The notes beneath the pieces are model-generated. The model saw only the letters and a list, made by a program, of their open reading frames with translations, was not told where the DNA came from and searched no databases. 64,000 nucleotides of DNA from Bacteroidales bacterium (GTDB taxonomy: Bacteria; Bacteroidota; Bacteroidia; Bacteroidales; WCHB1-69), in assembly GCA_963556065.3 (NCBI GenBank), contig CAUVYH020000004.1, positions 36,928 through 100,927 on the forward strand, in the 5' to 3' direction. The position numbers were made by a program, and so were the translations under genes. Shown here one piece after another: positions 51,134 to 60,356 of the stretch. Position 1 is the first letter of the stretch, and each line of letters opens with the position of its first letter.

Positions 51134-51220
51134 ATCCCGAATTTTAAAAAATCCATGATTTTTGTAAAAATTCGTGGATCCACGAAAAACGACGGAATCG
51201 GAGATTCTTGTTTTTCGGGA
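51134..51220 (+). repeat. nested-palindrome element, copy 5 (perfect core 51171-51186)
   Basis: atcccgaattttaaaaaatccatgattt...ttcgtggatccacgaa...aatcggagattcttgtttttcggga. Confidence 0.8.
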
Positions 51221-51356
51221 AAGCGAGACTAGAGATAACCAAAAGTCATTAAACGGTTTTCTGGAAAATTGAAATTTCAAAATTAGAAGAATGATCACAA
51301 AATAATTGTATGTTTGCAGGACAATTAATAATATTTGAAACCGCAGAACGATTAAG

Positions 51357-52283
51357 ATGGCTAAACGGAAAATTGATGATTATACAGTGGGCGTTTTTTA
51401 TGCTATTATTTGTTACTTAGCATGGGGAATGTTTCCATTATTTTGGAAGCAATTGGCTCATGTAGATGCCGTTCAAGTGCTTGCTCATCGAATTTTATGG
51501 AGTTTCGTCTTCGTGTTTCTAATCATAATTTTTTCGAAACGCAGAAAATATCTAGTTGTTCTCAAACAGCCACGCACATGGAAATGGCTCTCCTTAACAG
51601 GTGTTCTCATTGGAACCAACTGGGTGGTATATATTTACGCCATTAACCACGGACATATTGTAGAATCGAGTTTCGGATATTACATCAATCCGCTGATGAA
51701 CGTGGCACTAGGAGTTATCGTACTCAAAGAGCGATTGCCCAAACTCCAGATTATCGCCATCGGGTTGGCATTTGTAGGGATTATAGTCATATCCATTCAT
51801 TTAGGACGAATTCCAATTATTTCGCTGGTGCTGGCTCTCACCTTTGCACTTTACGGTTTGTACCGTAAAATTGCCAATATCGACTCGATGACCGCGCTAA
51901 TGGTGGAAACACTGGTACTACTGCCTTTTTCTCTGGGATGGATATTTTTTGCCCAAAATAACGGCACCGGAGCTTTTGGGGCGGATGTTAAAACCACAAT
52001 ACTGCTTATGATTGGCGGAATTATCACAGCTGTACCATTATTCTGGTTTGGCATTGCCGCCCGCAAAATTCCCCTCTCCACCATCGGGTTTATTCAATAT
52101 TTATCGCCGACATGCCAGCTTGCACTAGGCATTTTAGTCTATAACGAGCGCTTTTCAGTTCCCCATCTCGTTGGCTTCGGATTTGTATGGGTCGCATTAA
52201 CCCTTTTCTCAGTCAGTATTTACCAACATTATTCTAAATCCAAGAAGCTTTCCATTGACGAAAAAATCACATTTAATAATTAA
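51357..52283 (+). CDS. rarD: EamA-family transporter RarD
   Basis: 10 TM segments, FGYYINPL motif. Confidence 0.75.
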   Translation: MAKRKIDDYTVGVFYAIICYLAWGMFPLFWKQLAHVDAVQVLAHRILWSFVFVFLIIIFSKRRKYLVVLKQPRTWKWLSLTGVLIGTNWVVYIYAINHGHIVESSFGYYINPLMNVALGVIVLKERLPKLQIIAIGLAFVGIIVISIHLGRIPIISLVLALTFALYGLYRKIANIDSMTALMVETLVLLPFSLGWIFFAQNNGTGAFGADVKTTILLMIGGIITAVPLFWFGIAARKIPLSTIGFIQYLSPTCQLALGILVYNERFSVPHLVGFGFVWVALTLFSVSIYQHYSKSKKLSIDEKITFNN

Positions 52284-52290
52284 CTGAATC

Positions 52291-53631
52291 ATGAAACACA
52301 TTCTTTATCGAAATTTTATTGCCCTGCTGCTTACCTGCTTATTTAGTATCGGCACATTATCGGCACAAGAGCCGCTTTCAAAAAGTGCAAAAGACAGTTT
52401 AATTGCAAGTATTAAAAACCAAATTAGAGGGGTAAAGATCAAAGAAATAGAAAGTGCAAAACCGTATTTGGCTAAGTTTGAGCTTATGGTTCCCCAATTG
52501 CTCGATCATAATAATCCGAAAAGCGATACCCTATGGGAACTGGTGTACCTGTCGCACCGCGGATTTGATGCACCAACGGTTATTGTTACCGAAGGATATG
52601 GTGCCGGGTATGCAGAAGGTGCAAACTATAATGAAGAACTGTGTAAGATATTGAAAGCGAACTTAGTATTTGCAGAGCACCGGTATTTCGGAAAATCGAT
52701 CCCCAGTCCGCTGAACTGGGATTACATGACCCTTAAACAAGCCGCAGCCGATCATCATCAGATTATCCGGTGGCTGAAGCCGTTATATCCTCAAAAGTGG
52801 GTCGCCACAGGAACCAGCAAAGGCGGATCGACCTCGTTGTACCTCAAAGCATATTATCCGAAAGATGTGGATGCCGTAGTGGCTTACGTGGCACCCATAA
52901 CCAATGCGCAGGAAGATATGCGCCCCATCGACTTTATTATGAACAAAGCAGGGACCAAACAAGATCGGCAAATTATTTACGAATATCAACTGTTGATGTT
53001 TAAAAACTTCGACAAGTTGCTGGAAATCTTCAATGAATATGCTTTAAAATACAAGCTTACTTTTTCGATGGGAACCCAAACCACGCTGGAATACCTAATT
53101 TTGGAATATCCGTTTTCGCACTGGCAATGGGGGGTTACTACCGACAAAGTGCCCACGGCTAAGAGCACTGTTCAGGAAATGTTCGATCATATTTTTCGCA
53201 TTGTCGATCCGTACGGTTTTTCGGAAACCGGGTCTAAAGACATCTCCCCTTACTATTATCAAGCCTATTCAGAAATAGGCTATTACAATTATAATGCATA
53301 CATCCCGATATTCAAAAAATGGCTTAAACGGTCAAGTTACTCCAACAGCGTAATGATCCCCAAAGGAGCAAAAGCCGTATATCACCCCGAGTCGCACCGC
53401 GAAGTACTAAAATTGCTTAACCAAACCGGAGAACATATCATGCAGATTCAGGGGCAATACGATCCTTGGTTTCAAGCTTCATGGACTCCGGAGAATAGTT
53501 CAAGATCAACAATTTTCGTCCTTCCCAAAGGAAATCATAGCGCCCGTATCACCTATTTCGATGCCGACACAAAAAACCGGATTTACGATACGCTGGAGCA
53601 ATGGCTGGACATTAAAGTGCGACGGTTATAG
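52291..53631 (+). CDS. secreted alpha/beta-hydrolase serine peptidase (S28/S37-like)
   Basis: Signal peptide, nucleophile elbow GTSKGG. 446 aa. Confidence 0.5.
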   Translation: MKHILYRNFIALLLTCLFSIGTLSAQEPLSKSAKDSLIASIKNQIRGVKIKEIESAKPYLAKFELMVPQLLDHNNPKSDTLWELVYLSHRGFDAPTVIVTEGYGAGYAEGANYNEELCKILKANLVFAEHRYFGKSIPSPLNWDYMTLKQAAADHHQIIRWLKPLYPQKWVATGTSKGGSTSLYLKAYYPKDVDAVVAYVAPITNAQEDMRPIDFIMNKAGTKQDRQIIYEYQLLMFKNFDKLLEIFNEYALKYKLTFSMGTQTTLEYLILEYPFSHWQWGVTTDKVPTAKSTVQEMFDHIFRIVDPYGFSETGSKDISPYYYQAYSEIGYYNYNAYIPIFKKWLKRSSYSNSVMIPKGAKAVYHPESHREVLKLLNQTGEHIMQIQGQYDPWFQASWTPENSSRSTIFVLPKGNHSARITYFDADTKNRIYDTLEQWLDIKVRRL

Positions 53632-53634
53632 TAT

Positions 53635-53697
53635 GAAGTTACCCTCCGGCAAGCCAAGGACCGGAAACTTCGCACATGTTTCGTGTAACCTTCGCAC
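53635..53697 (+). repeat. hairpin repeat, box GAAGTyACCCTyCGGCArGC, copy A
   Basis: About 23/30 identity with 57255-57284. Contains cttcgcac twice. Confidence 0.55.
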
Positions 53698-53797
53698 TAC
53701 TTAATTTTAATTTTTTTGTTAATCGACGGTTTATTTATTATATTTGCAATATCCTTAAAAGGCATAAAGTAAAGGATTACAAATTAATAGAATAAAG

Positions 53798-54760
53798 ATG
53801 AACCAGAAATTACACGTTATCTCTTTTTTATTTATTTTTTGGGGCAATTCGTTCGTACATGCACAAACTCCCGATTCCACCATGTTTATTAAGGATGGCA
53901 GCGATACGATTACCGACTATACAAAATGGGCAAACAAAGGAGCTGTTGGAATTATCCCGATACACCTGCAACCCGGATTCAACGGATTATTAAATTACGG
54001 AGTGGGTGCCGATATTGTTTTTGCGCTTCCTTCGTGGATCACATTCAGAGCAAAAGCGGTGTTTAACCTATATGAAGGCGACCGTTCGCTTTGGCGCGAT
54101 AAAGGCTACGACAATGCGGAGAATGTTTCGAAAGGCTATTGGCTTGAGGGCGGTATCGATATCAATTTTTTGGATAAAACCAACAAATCCGCTACCAGCC
54201 AAATTGACTCCAGCGGTCGTTTCATCTCTTGCGAAGGCACGATGCGTGAATATTCCAAAGGTGCATATACCGATCGTTCCCGCAAATACACCCAATACCT
54301 CTACGGCAAATATTACTCCTTCGATACTTACCTTTATCGCCCCTCGTTGCGATTGGGAGCAATGCAGTACCGTTACACTTTTTTGGATAAAGCCACACTC
54401 ATTCCATTAGTCACAAACCTCAACGTCACGGCCTTTTATGGCGGATTGAGTTTTTCACGGATCGGACTAGGGAAAGCTGCCTATTTTAACGTTTATGCCG
54501 ATGTAATATACAAAGCATCCTTAAAATCTTCCCCCGAAACCGGTTATGAATCAGTTTCAAAAAGCGGACAAATCGGCTACCGGCTTGGAGTCTCCGGCGG
54601 ATCAGACTGGCTGGGATTCTTAGCAGAGCTGGGCATGGCTCCGGGTCTCGATAAGTTAGAGCCCTATTTAAAAGCCGGATTAATCGTTCAACACCAATTG
54701 CTTCCTCCACGAAAAAACAAGTATAAAAAAACTATATCCGAAGCGGATGTTACCGAATAA
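53798..54760 (+). CDS. hypothetical outer-membrane/secreted protein
   Basis: Signal peptide. Tyr/Gly-rich beta pattern. Confidence 0.4.
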   Translation: MNQKLHVISFLFIFWGNSFVHAQTPDSTMFIKDGSDTITDYTKWANKGAVGIIPIHLQPGFNGLLNYGVGADIVFALPSWITFRAKAVFNLYEGDRSLWRDKGYDNAENVSKGYWLEGGIDINFLDKTNKSATSQIDSSGRFISCEGTMREYSKGAYTDRSRKYTQYLYGKYYSFDTYLYRPSLRLGAMQYRYTFLDKATLIPLVTNLNVTAFYGGLSFSRIGLGKAAYFNVYADVIYKASLKSSPETGYESVSKSGQIGYRLGVSGGSDWLGFLAELGMAPGLDKLEPYLKAGLIVQHQLLPPRKNKYKKTISEADVTE

Positions 54761-54783
54761 CTTTTTACATTAAAAGCAACAAA

Positions 54784-55854
54784 ATGAAAAGAACAGCAAC
54801 ACTTTGTATTTTACTTATCGCCACATTGAATGTATATTGTCAGCAATCGTTCACGAATGCATACATGCCCAACGAAGGCGATACCATTTTCTACCACAGT
54901 TTGGTTTCCACGGAAGATTTTTCCGCAACGGGAGCAAATTACATCTGGGATTTCAGCACAATTACCGGAGCTACTTGGGCGGCCGATACTTTTGTTGCCG
55001 TGCTTTCCACTCCCCTCACCTACAATGCCGTTTTCAACAATTCACTTTTGTATCCCGACTACAAAGCAACTGTTGCCTCTCCCCAGGCCGACCAAACCAT
55101 ACCCCCGAGTACTTCCATAACCAATGTGTTTTTTTATTATAAAGAAACGGATACCGCATTCGCTCAAGTCGGGCTGGCGGCCAGTGTAAGCGGAGTTCCC
55201 ATGCCCATCCGATTCGATAACATCGACTATATGTATAAATTTCCGGGCACTATGGGCAGCATCGATTCCTGTTTTTCAGCGTATCATATCGATGTTCCCT
55301 CTTTGGGATTCTACTCAAAAAAGCAAAACCGGATTAACGAATACGACGGTTGGGGCACGTTATACACGCCCATGGATACCTTTGAAGTTTTTAGAATTAA
55401 AACCACGATTACTGGCCGCGACAGCGTGTATATTACCCAATACAGTCTGCCTTACGCCTTTAACTCGTCCACGGTGGAATATAAATGGTTCTCGCCCGGG
55501 CATCGGAATCCGGTATTTTCGGTTAGCATGGCACAATCTCAGTTTTCGAGTACCACCACCGTAAAATATCTCGACAAGCCACAATTGCACGTTGGCATTC
55601 AGGAAAACGCTTCAGCTTCTTTCAACATTGTTCCCAATCCATTTGTCAACCAGTTGACCATTACGGCCAATGCCGGCGAAAAGATTGAAAAAGTGAGACT
55701 TTTCAACATAACCGGAGCCGAAATTGCTTTGGATATCCTGTCGAGCGATAAAAACACCTTAATCTTAAACACCGAACACCTATCGAACAGCCCATACATC
55801 ATCGAAATCACCTCGAATAAAGGGGTTGAGCGGAAAGTGGTGATAAAGAAATAA
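54784..55854 (+). CDS. T9SS C-terminal-domain secreted protein
   Basis: Signal peptide. C-terminus FNIVPNPFVNQLTI...PYIIEITSNKGVERKVVIKK. Confidence 0.6.
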   Translation: MKRTATLCILLIATLNVYCQQSFTNAYMPNEGDTIFYHSLVSTEDFSATGANYIWDFSTITGATWAADTFVAVLSTPLTYNAVFNNSLLYPDYKATVASPQADQTIPPSTSITNVFFYYKETDTAFAQVGLAASVSGVPMPIRFDNIDYMYKFPGTMGSIDSCFSAYHIDVPSLGFYSKKQNRINEYDGWGTLYTPMDTFEVFRIKTTITGRDSVYITQYSLPYAFNSSTVEYKWFSPGHRNPVFSVSMAQSQFSSTTTVKYLDKPQLHVGIQENASASFNIVPNPFVNQLTITANAGEKIEKVRLFNITGAEIALDILSSDKNTLILNTEHLSNSPYIIEITSNKGVERKVVIKK

Positions 55855-55946
55855 GGGATTTGAGGATTTTGTTATGTATAGGTATGGCATTGTCAGAGCT
55901 ATACTAGTTAGGCATCATGCAAGAAAACACCAACAAATTTTGAAAC

Positions 55947-56924
55947 ATGGACGAATTTTTTATGAAATATCAAGATTTAATATCAAGTGTTGAATTTATA
56001 AAATTATGCAAAGAATTATCTTATAAACTTAACAACGAACTTGGAAAAGATTTAAAGGAAGTTGAAACAGTTAGAAACTGGATTGAAATATTTAATAATA
56101 CAAGTACGGTTTCTGTACCTGGATTGAGTATTAATTTTAACTCTATTTTTATTCACGGATATATTCATTCAAATGCAGACAACCCATCAGGTGTTGAGTT
56201 TGATTATATAAACAATACAAAGTGCAATAAAGAACTTGCTGACATTATATTTGTAACTTCTTTTTTTAATAAAAACAAGAAGATTTGCGAGAAGATTTCT
56301 TTTAATCAAGCAAAATGGGGAGTGTTAAAAAAAACATTAAGCTGGACAATTGATAAAGAACAATTATTCTTATTATCAAGGTTTCCACGGTTTTCTGGTG
56401 CTAGCGATTCGGTTATTAAAAACAAAGATTATTATATTAATGACTTTTCTAAAGGATTAGGTTCTTATGGACTAATGACAAAAGAAAATTTTATTTTTTT
56501 ATCCGCATATGATTTACAAACTTTTATTGGAGGTAAAGGATCGGTTAGTCTAAACGATTTTAAATATTGTAACTCTGAATTAATTCATTCACGTCATTAT
56601 TTATGGAGTCCATACATTTTTGATTTTTCTGTTCCATTTTGTAATAATACATTTGAATTTGTTACAAATTACTTGCAGGGAAATGTAGGTGAATTAGTGA
56701 ATAGTGAACATTTTAAAAACGTTGAGGCGCATAAACTATTTCAAGATATTTTGGTTTCCATAAAAGATAAAGGGAAAAAAGAAAAGAATGCAAATATTAA
56801 TAATTTTATAAACAGCTATGATAAGACTAATTCTATTGACAAATCAGACAGCGAACAATTCGAGTTTAAAAATGGTTTGGGGATTATTCAATTGAAAATA
56901 GAACTTGATAATGATAAACAATAA
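55947..56924 (+). CDS. hypothetical protein, first gene of the AT-rich island
   Basis: 325-aa ORF that is visibly AT-rich. Possible PD-(D/E)xK-like pattern ELADIIFV ... ISFNQAKW. Confidence 0.5.
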   Translation: MDEFFMKYQDLISSVEFIKLCKELSYKLNNELGKDLKEVETVRNWIEIFNNTSTVSVPGLSINFNSIFIHGYIHSNADNPSGVEFDYINNTKCNKELADIIFVTSFFNKNKKICEKISFNQAKWGVLKKTLSWTIDKEQLFLLSRFPRFSGASDSVIKNKDYYINDFSKGLGSYGLMTKENFIFLSAYDLQTFIGGKGSVSLNDFKYCNSELIHSRHYLWSPYIFDFSVPFCNNTFEFVTNYLQGNVGELVNSEHFKNVEAHKLFQDILVSIKDKGKKEKNANINNFINSYDKTNSIDKSDSEQFEFKNGLGIIQLKIELDNDKQ

Positions 56925-57250
56925 AAATGTACGAATGCCTAACATCAAGGCGAAGAAAAGACAGCAGCAACAGCAGCAACAACAATAATGACAGAAAAAA
57001 TGGTTTGAGAATAAAAAACGAAATAACAATGGAAGAAAAAGAGTTAGTTTTTTTTTCGACCCACAGAAAAGAAAAGCCGACCCAAATTTAGCGCAACTTG
57101 ACCCGCCAGTTATCCCCAAGCAAGTTATGCAAACTGGAAATAAGGCAAAACCCAGCTTTGTGAATCAATAGCACCGACCAAACAAAAAGATTATCCGTGA
57201 TTGCACCCAACATTTAGGGTTGTAATAGGAAATAAAGAAAACAGATCAAA

Positions 57251-57312
57251 GTGCGAAGTCACCCTTCGGCAGGCTCGGGGACTGGAGTCCCGATGAAAAC
57301 CGGGATCGCACC
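57251..57312 (+). repeat. hairpin repeat, copy B of the 53635 box
   Basis: gtgcgaagtcacccttcggcaggctcggggactggagtcccgatgaaaaccgggatcgcac. Confidence 0.55.
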
Positions 57313-57431
57313 ACTTTAGATTACAATATCGGTTTTCGATGTGGATAAAAATGTTTTGCGGTAAAAAATATTTTTATTCACCGCAAAAATGCGGATAATA
57401 TTTTGTATTTTTGTCGCAAAATTATTTTGGC

Positions 57432-58550
57432 ATGGCTAAATACATTTATCAATACGAAAATTGGACTGATTTCACTTGGCAAAATGCCGCTGTAAGTCTA
57501 GCATTGGGAGAAGTTCGTCTTTTGCAGGGTAAAATTCTGGGGCAAATTCATTCACTTGGTTTTTCATCAAAAGAAGAAAAAAATCTTGAAATGCTTACGC
57601 TTGATGTGCTTAAATCGTCAGAAATCGAAGGCGAAAAACTAAATTACGACCAAGTACGCTCATCTATTGCTCGACGTTTGGGGATAAACACAGCGGGGCT
57701 TATATCTTCACCACGAAACGTTGACGGAGTTGTAGAAATGATGCTTGATGCCACGCAAAATCACAAAAGTCCACTTACCGAAGAACGATTATTTGGTTGG
57801 CACGCAGCCCTTTCCCCAACAGGTTACAGCGGAATGTATAAAATCGAAGTTGCGCAATATCGTAGCGAAGAAATGCAAATTGTTTCAGGTGCAATGGGGA
57901 AAGAACGAATACATTACGAAGCTGTTCCTGCAAAAAATGTAAAAGCGGAAATGGACAAATTCCTTTCGTGGCTAAATGATGATAACATTTTAATAGACAG
58001 CGTATTGAAATCTGCCATTGCTCATTTTTGGTTTATTATCATCCACCCATTTGACGACGGTAATGGACGAATTGCGAGAGCCATTTCCGATATGTTGCTT
58101 GCTCGAAGTGAAAATAGTTCGGAACGGTTTTATAGTTTCTCAAATCAAATACAGCAAGAGAAAAACATTTATTACGAAACGCTCAAAACTGTTCAACATA
58201 GCGATGGAGACATAACGCAATGGTTAGTTTGGTTTTTGACTTGTTTGAAACACGCATTGCTTGAAACCGAAGAAAGTATGCAAAACACTTTGTGTAAGGC
58301 AGAATTTTGGGGTAGGCATAAAGAAACGCCAATCAATGAACGACAACGCTTAATGATAAACAAGCTGTTTGATGGTTTCTTTGGGAAATTGACTTCTTCA
58401 AAATGGGCTAAAATGACGAATGCTTCAACAGACACGGCATTACGGGACATCAAAGATTTGATGGAAAAGAGAATTTTGCAACAAGCAGAAGAAGGAGGAA
58501 GAAGTGCAAACTACACATTGGTTGAATTTGACAAAAACAACTGCTCATAA
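57432..58550 (+). CDS. DUF4172-Fic family protein (class II Fic, putative AMPylase)
   Basis: HPFDDGNGRIAR Fic motif. N-terminal inhibitory-type motif SSEIEG. ATG 57432 preferred over TTG 57411 because TATTTTTG (57406-57413) looks like a -7 box. Confidence 0.9.
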   Translation: MAKYIYQYENWTDFTWQNAAVSLALGEVRLLQGKILGQIHSLGFSSKEEKNLEMLTLDVLKSSEIEGEKLNYDQVRSSIARRLGINTAGLISSPRNVDGVVEMMLDATQNHKSPLTEERLFGWHAALSPTGYSGMYKIEVAQYRSEEMQIVSGAMGKERIHYEAVPAKNVKAEMDKFLSWLNDDNILIDSVLKSAIAHFWFIIIHPFDDGNGRIARAISDMLLARSENSSERFYSFSNQIQQEKNIYYETLKTVQHSDGDITQWLVWFLTCLKHALLETEESMQNTLCKAEFWGRHKETPINERQRLMINKLFDGFFGKLTSSKWAKMTNASTDTALRDIKDLMEKRILQQAEEGGRSANYTLVEFDKNNCS

Positions 58551-58773
58551 TCGAGTAAACCGCCCCGCCAGTCAACCTCAAGCAGGCTGTGCAAAGAAAA
58601 ATTGGAACGACAAACAAATTAAAAGCTAGCGTTGAGCGACAAGAAAACGGGACATAAACCCTCGAAAAGCAAGCCTCGGGGTTATGTACCAACCAAATAA
58701 AAGAATCATGAAAATCAACAGTGAGATAACTGACAATAAAACAAATAAAATGTGTAACAAAAAAAAGAGTATT

Positions 58774-60336
58774 ATGAACCAAACAAGAGTTTCAAATAGA
58801 AAAATGAGAAGATTGACCTTTACAATGTTATTTTTAGGCTTCTTAGCATACGGACTTGGTGCCACTGCACAAACCAATGTTGTGAATCAAAAATTTGATA
58901 GTGATGCTGCAAGCTTTGAACAATCTGGATTATTGGAAAATGAATTTTCGACAATGAATAAACCAAAATCTGATGTTGAATGGTGGGAACCGGATACGGT
59001 ATATATTTATAAAAAAACAGACACGGTATATCGAGAAGTTCGCAGCTACAACCAAAATGGATACATGAATACACTATTAAAAGAACAATGGCAAAATGAT
59101 GCTTGGGTAAATATTTTTCAATATTTTTGGACGTACGATGCAAACAATAATAGGCTAACACAATTAGATCAACAATGGCAAAATAATGCTTGGGTTAATG
59201 GTTCTCTAGAGACTAATACATACGATGCAAACAACAATACGCTAACTGGATTATTACAAACGTGGCAAAACGATGCTTGGGTAAATAATGCTCAATATAC
59301 TTCGACTTATGATGCAAACAATAATAGGCTGACACAATTCAATCAACAATGGCAAAATGATGCTTGGGTTAATTATTATCAGTATATTACGACTTATGAT
59401 GCAAACAATAATAGGCTAACTGATTTAAAACAAACGTGGCAAAATGATGCTTGGGTTAATTTTTATCAGTATATCATGACATACGATGCAAACAATAATA
59501 GGCTAACACGACTATCTCAACTATGGCAAAATGATGCCTGGGTAAATTACGAACAAATAGCTAGTACATTCGATGCAAACAATAACCTACTGACTATAAT
59601 AGAACAATCATGGTTAAATGATGCATGGCTAAATAATAATCTATATACTTTGACTTACGATGCAAACAATAACAGGCTAACTATATTAAACCAAACATGG
59701 CAAGATGATGCTTGGGTAAATGGTTCTCTAGAGACTAATACATACGATGCAAACAATAATAGGCAAACACGACTATATCAACAATGGCAAAATGATACTT
59801 GGGTAAATGGTTTTCTAGAGACTAATACATACGATGCAAACAATAATATGCTATCTGGATTAAACCAAACATGGCAAAATAATGCTTGGCTAAATAATTT
59901 TCAATATACTTCAACTTACGATGCAAACAATAATTGCACATTGTCAGAACTTGAGTATTGGGTAGATGAAAATTGGCAGTTTTCAAGCAATAATGGAGTA
60001 ACTTTCTTTTACAATAACATGAAAAGCAATTTAAGTTATGAGGGCTACAAAGTAACTGTTGTCTCTTATACCCAATTTACAATACCTGAAGCAATTGATG
60101 ATTTAAATTTGTCAACGGTTTCCATTTATCCCAATCCGACGTCAAATAGCTTTATTGTCAATCTTGACGGAACTGTATCCATAAAACTTTACAACATGCT
60201 TGGCAAAGAAGTTCTGTCTCAAAACGCGAACGGAAAAACTGAAATAGACATTAGCCACTTACCGAATGGAATTTATAGTGTACAGATTATTACCGATGCG
60301 AAAATTATAGGATCTCGTAAAGTTGTAAAACAGTAA
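58774..60336 (+). CDS. 29-aa tandem-repeat (YD-like) secreted protein with T9SS C-terminal domain
   Basis: Signal peptide RRLTFTMLFLGFLAYGLGATAQ. Repeats TYDANNNRLTxLxQxWQNDAWVN. CTD SIYPNPTSNSFIV...GIYSVQIITDAKIIGSRKVVKQ. Start uncertain (58774 or 58804). Confidence 0.7.
   Translation: MNQTRVSNRKMRRLTFTMLFLGFLAYGLGATAQTNVVNQKFDSDAASFEQSGLLENEFSTMNKPKSDVEWWEPDTVYIYKKTDTVYREVRSYNQNGYMNTLLKEQWQNDAWVNIFQYFWTYDANNNRLTQLDQQWQNNAWVNGSLETNTYDANNNTLTGLLQTWQNDAWVNNAQYTSTYDANNNRLTQFNQQWQNDAWVNYYQYITTYDANNNRLTDLKQTWQNDAWVNFYQYIMTYDANNNRLTRLSQLWQNDAWVNYEQIASTFDANNNLLTIIEQSWLNDAWLNNNLYTLTYDANNNRLTILNQTWQDDAWVNGSLETNTYDANNNRQTRLYQQWQNDTWVNGFLETNTYDANNNMLSGLNQTWQNNAWLNNFQYTSTYDANNNCTLSELEYWVDENWQFSSNNGVTFFYNNMKSNLSYEGYKVTVVSYTQFTIPEAIDDLNLSTVSIYPNPTSNSFIVNLDGTVSIKLYNMLGKEVLSQNANGKTEIDISHLPNGIYSVQIITDAKIIGSRKVVKQ
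59131..59913 (+). repeat. exactly 9 x 87-bp in-frame tandem repeat
   Basis: The first TYD codon is at 59131 and the tenth at 59914, a 783-nt (9 x 87) interval. Partial units flank the array. Confidence 0.9.
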
Positions 60337-60356
60337 TGACGGAAAGATAGGCAGGC

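Noticed and set aside
56844-57119. 91-aa minus-strand ORF with a poly-Cys run.
   Set aside because: The CCCCCCCC stretch is just the reverse complement of the (CAG/CAA)n microsatellite. The ORF overlaps the 3' end of gene 55947..56924 and shows no plausible signals.
59131-59913. CRISPR-like regular repeats (87-bp array here, 9-mer arrays at 6149-6199 and 6741-6779).
   Set aside because: The 87-bp units are contiguous, in-frame coding repeats without unique spacers. The 9-mers are far too short. No cas genes are present.
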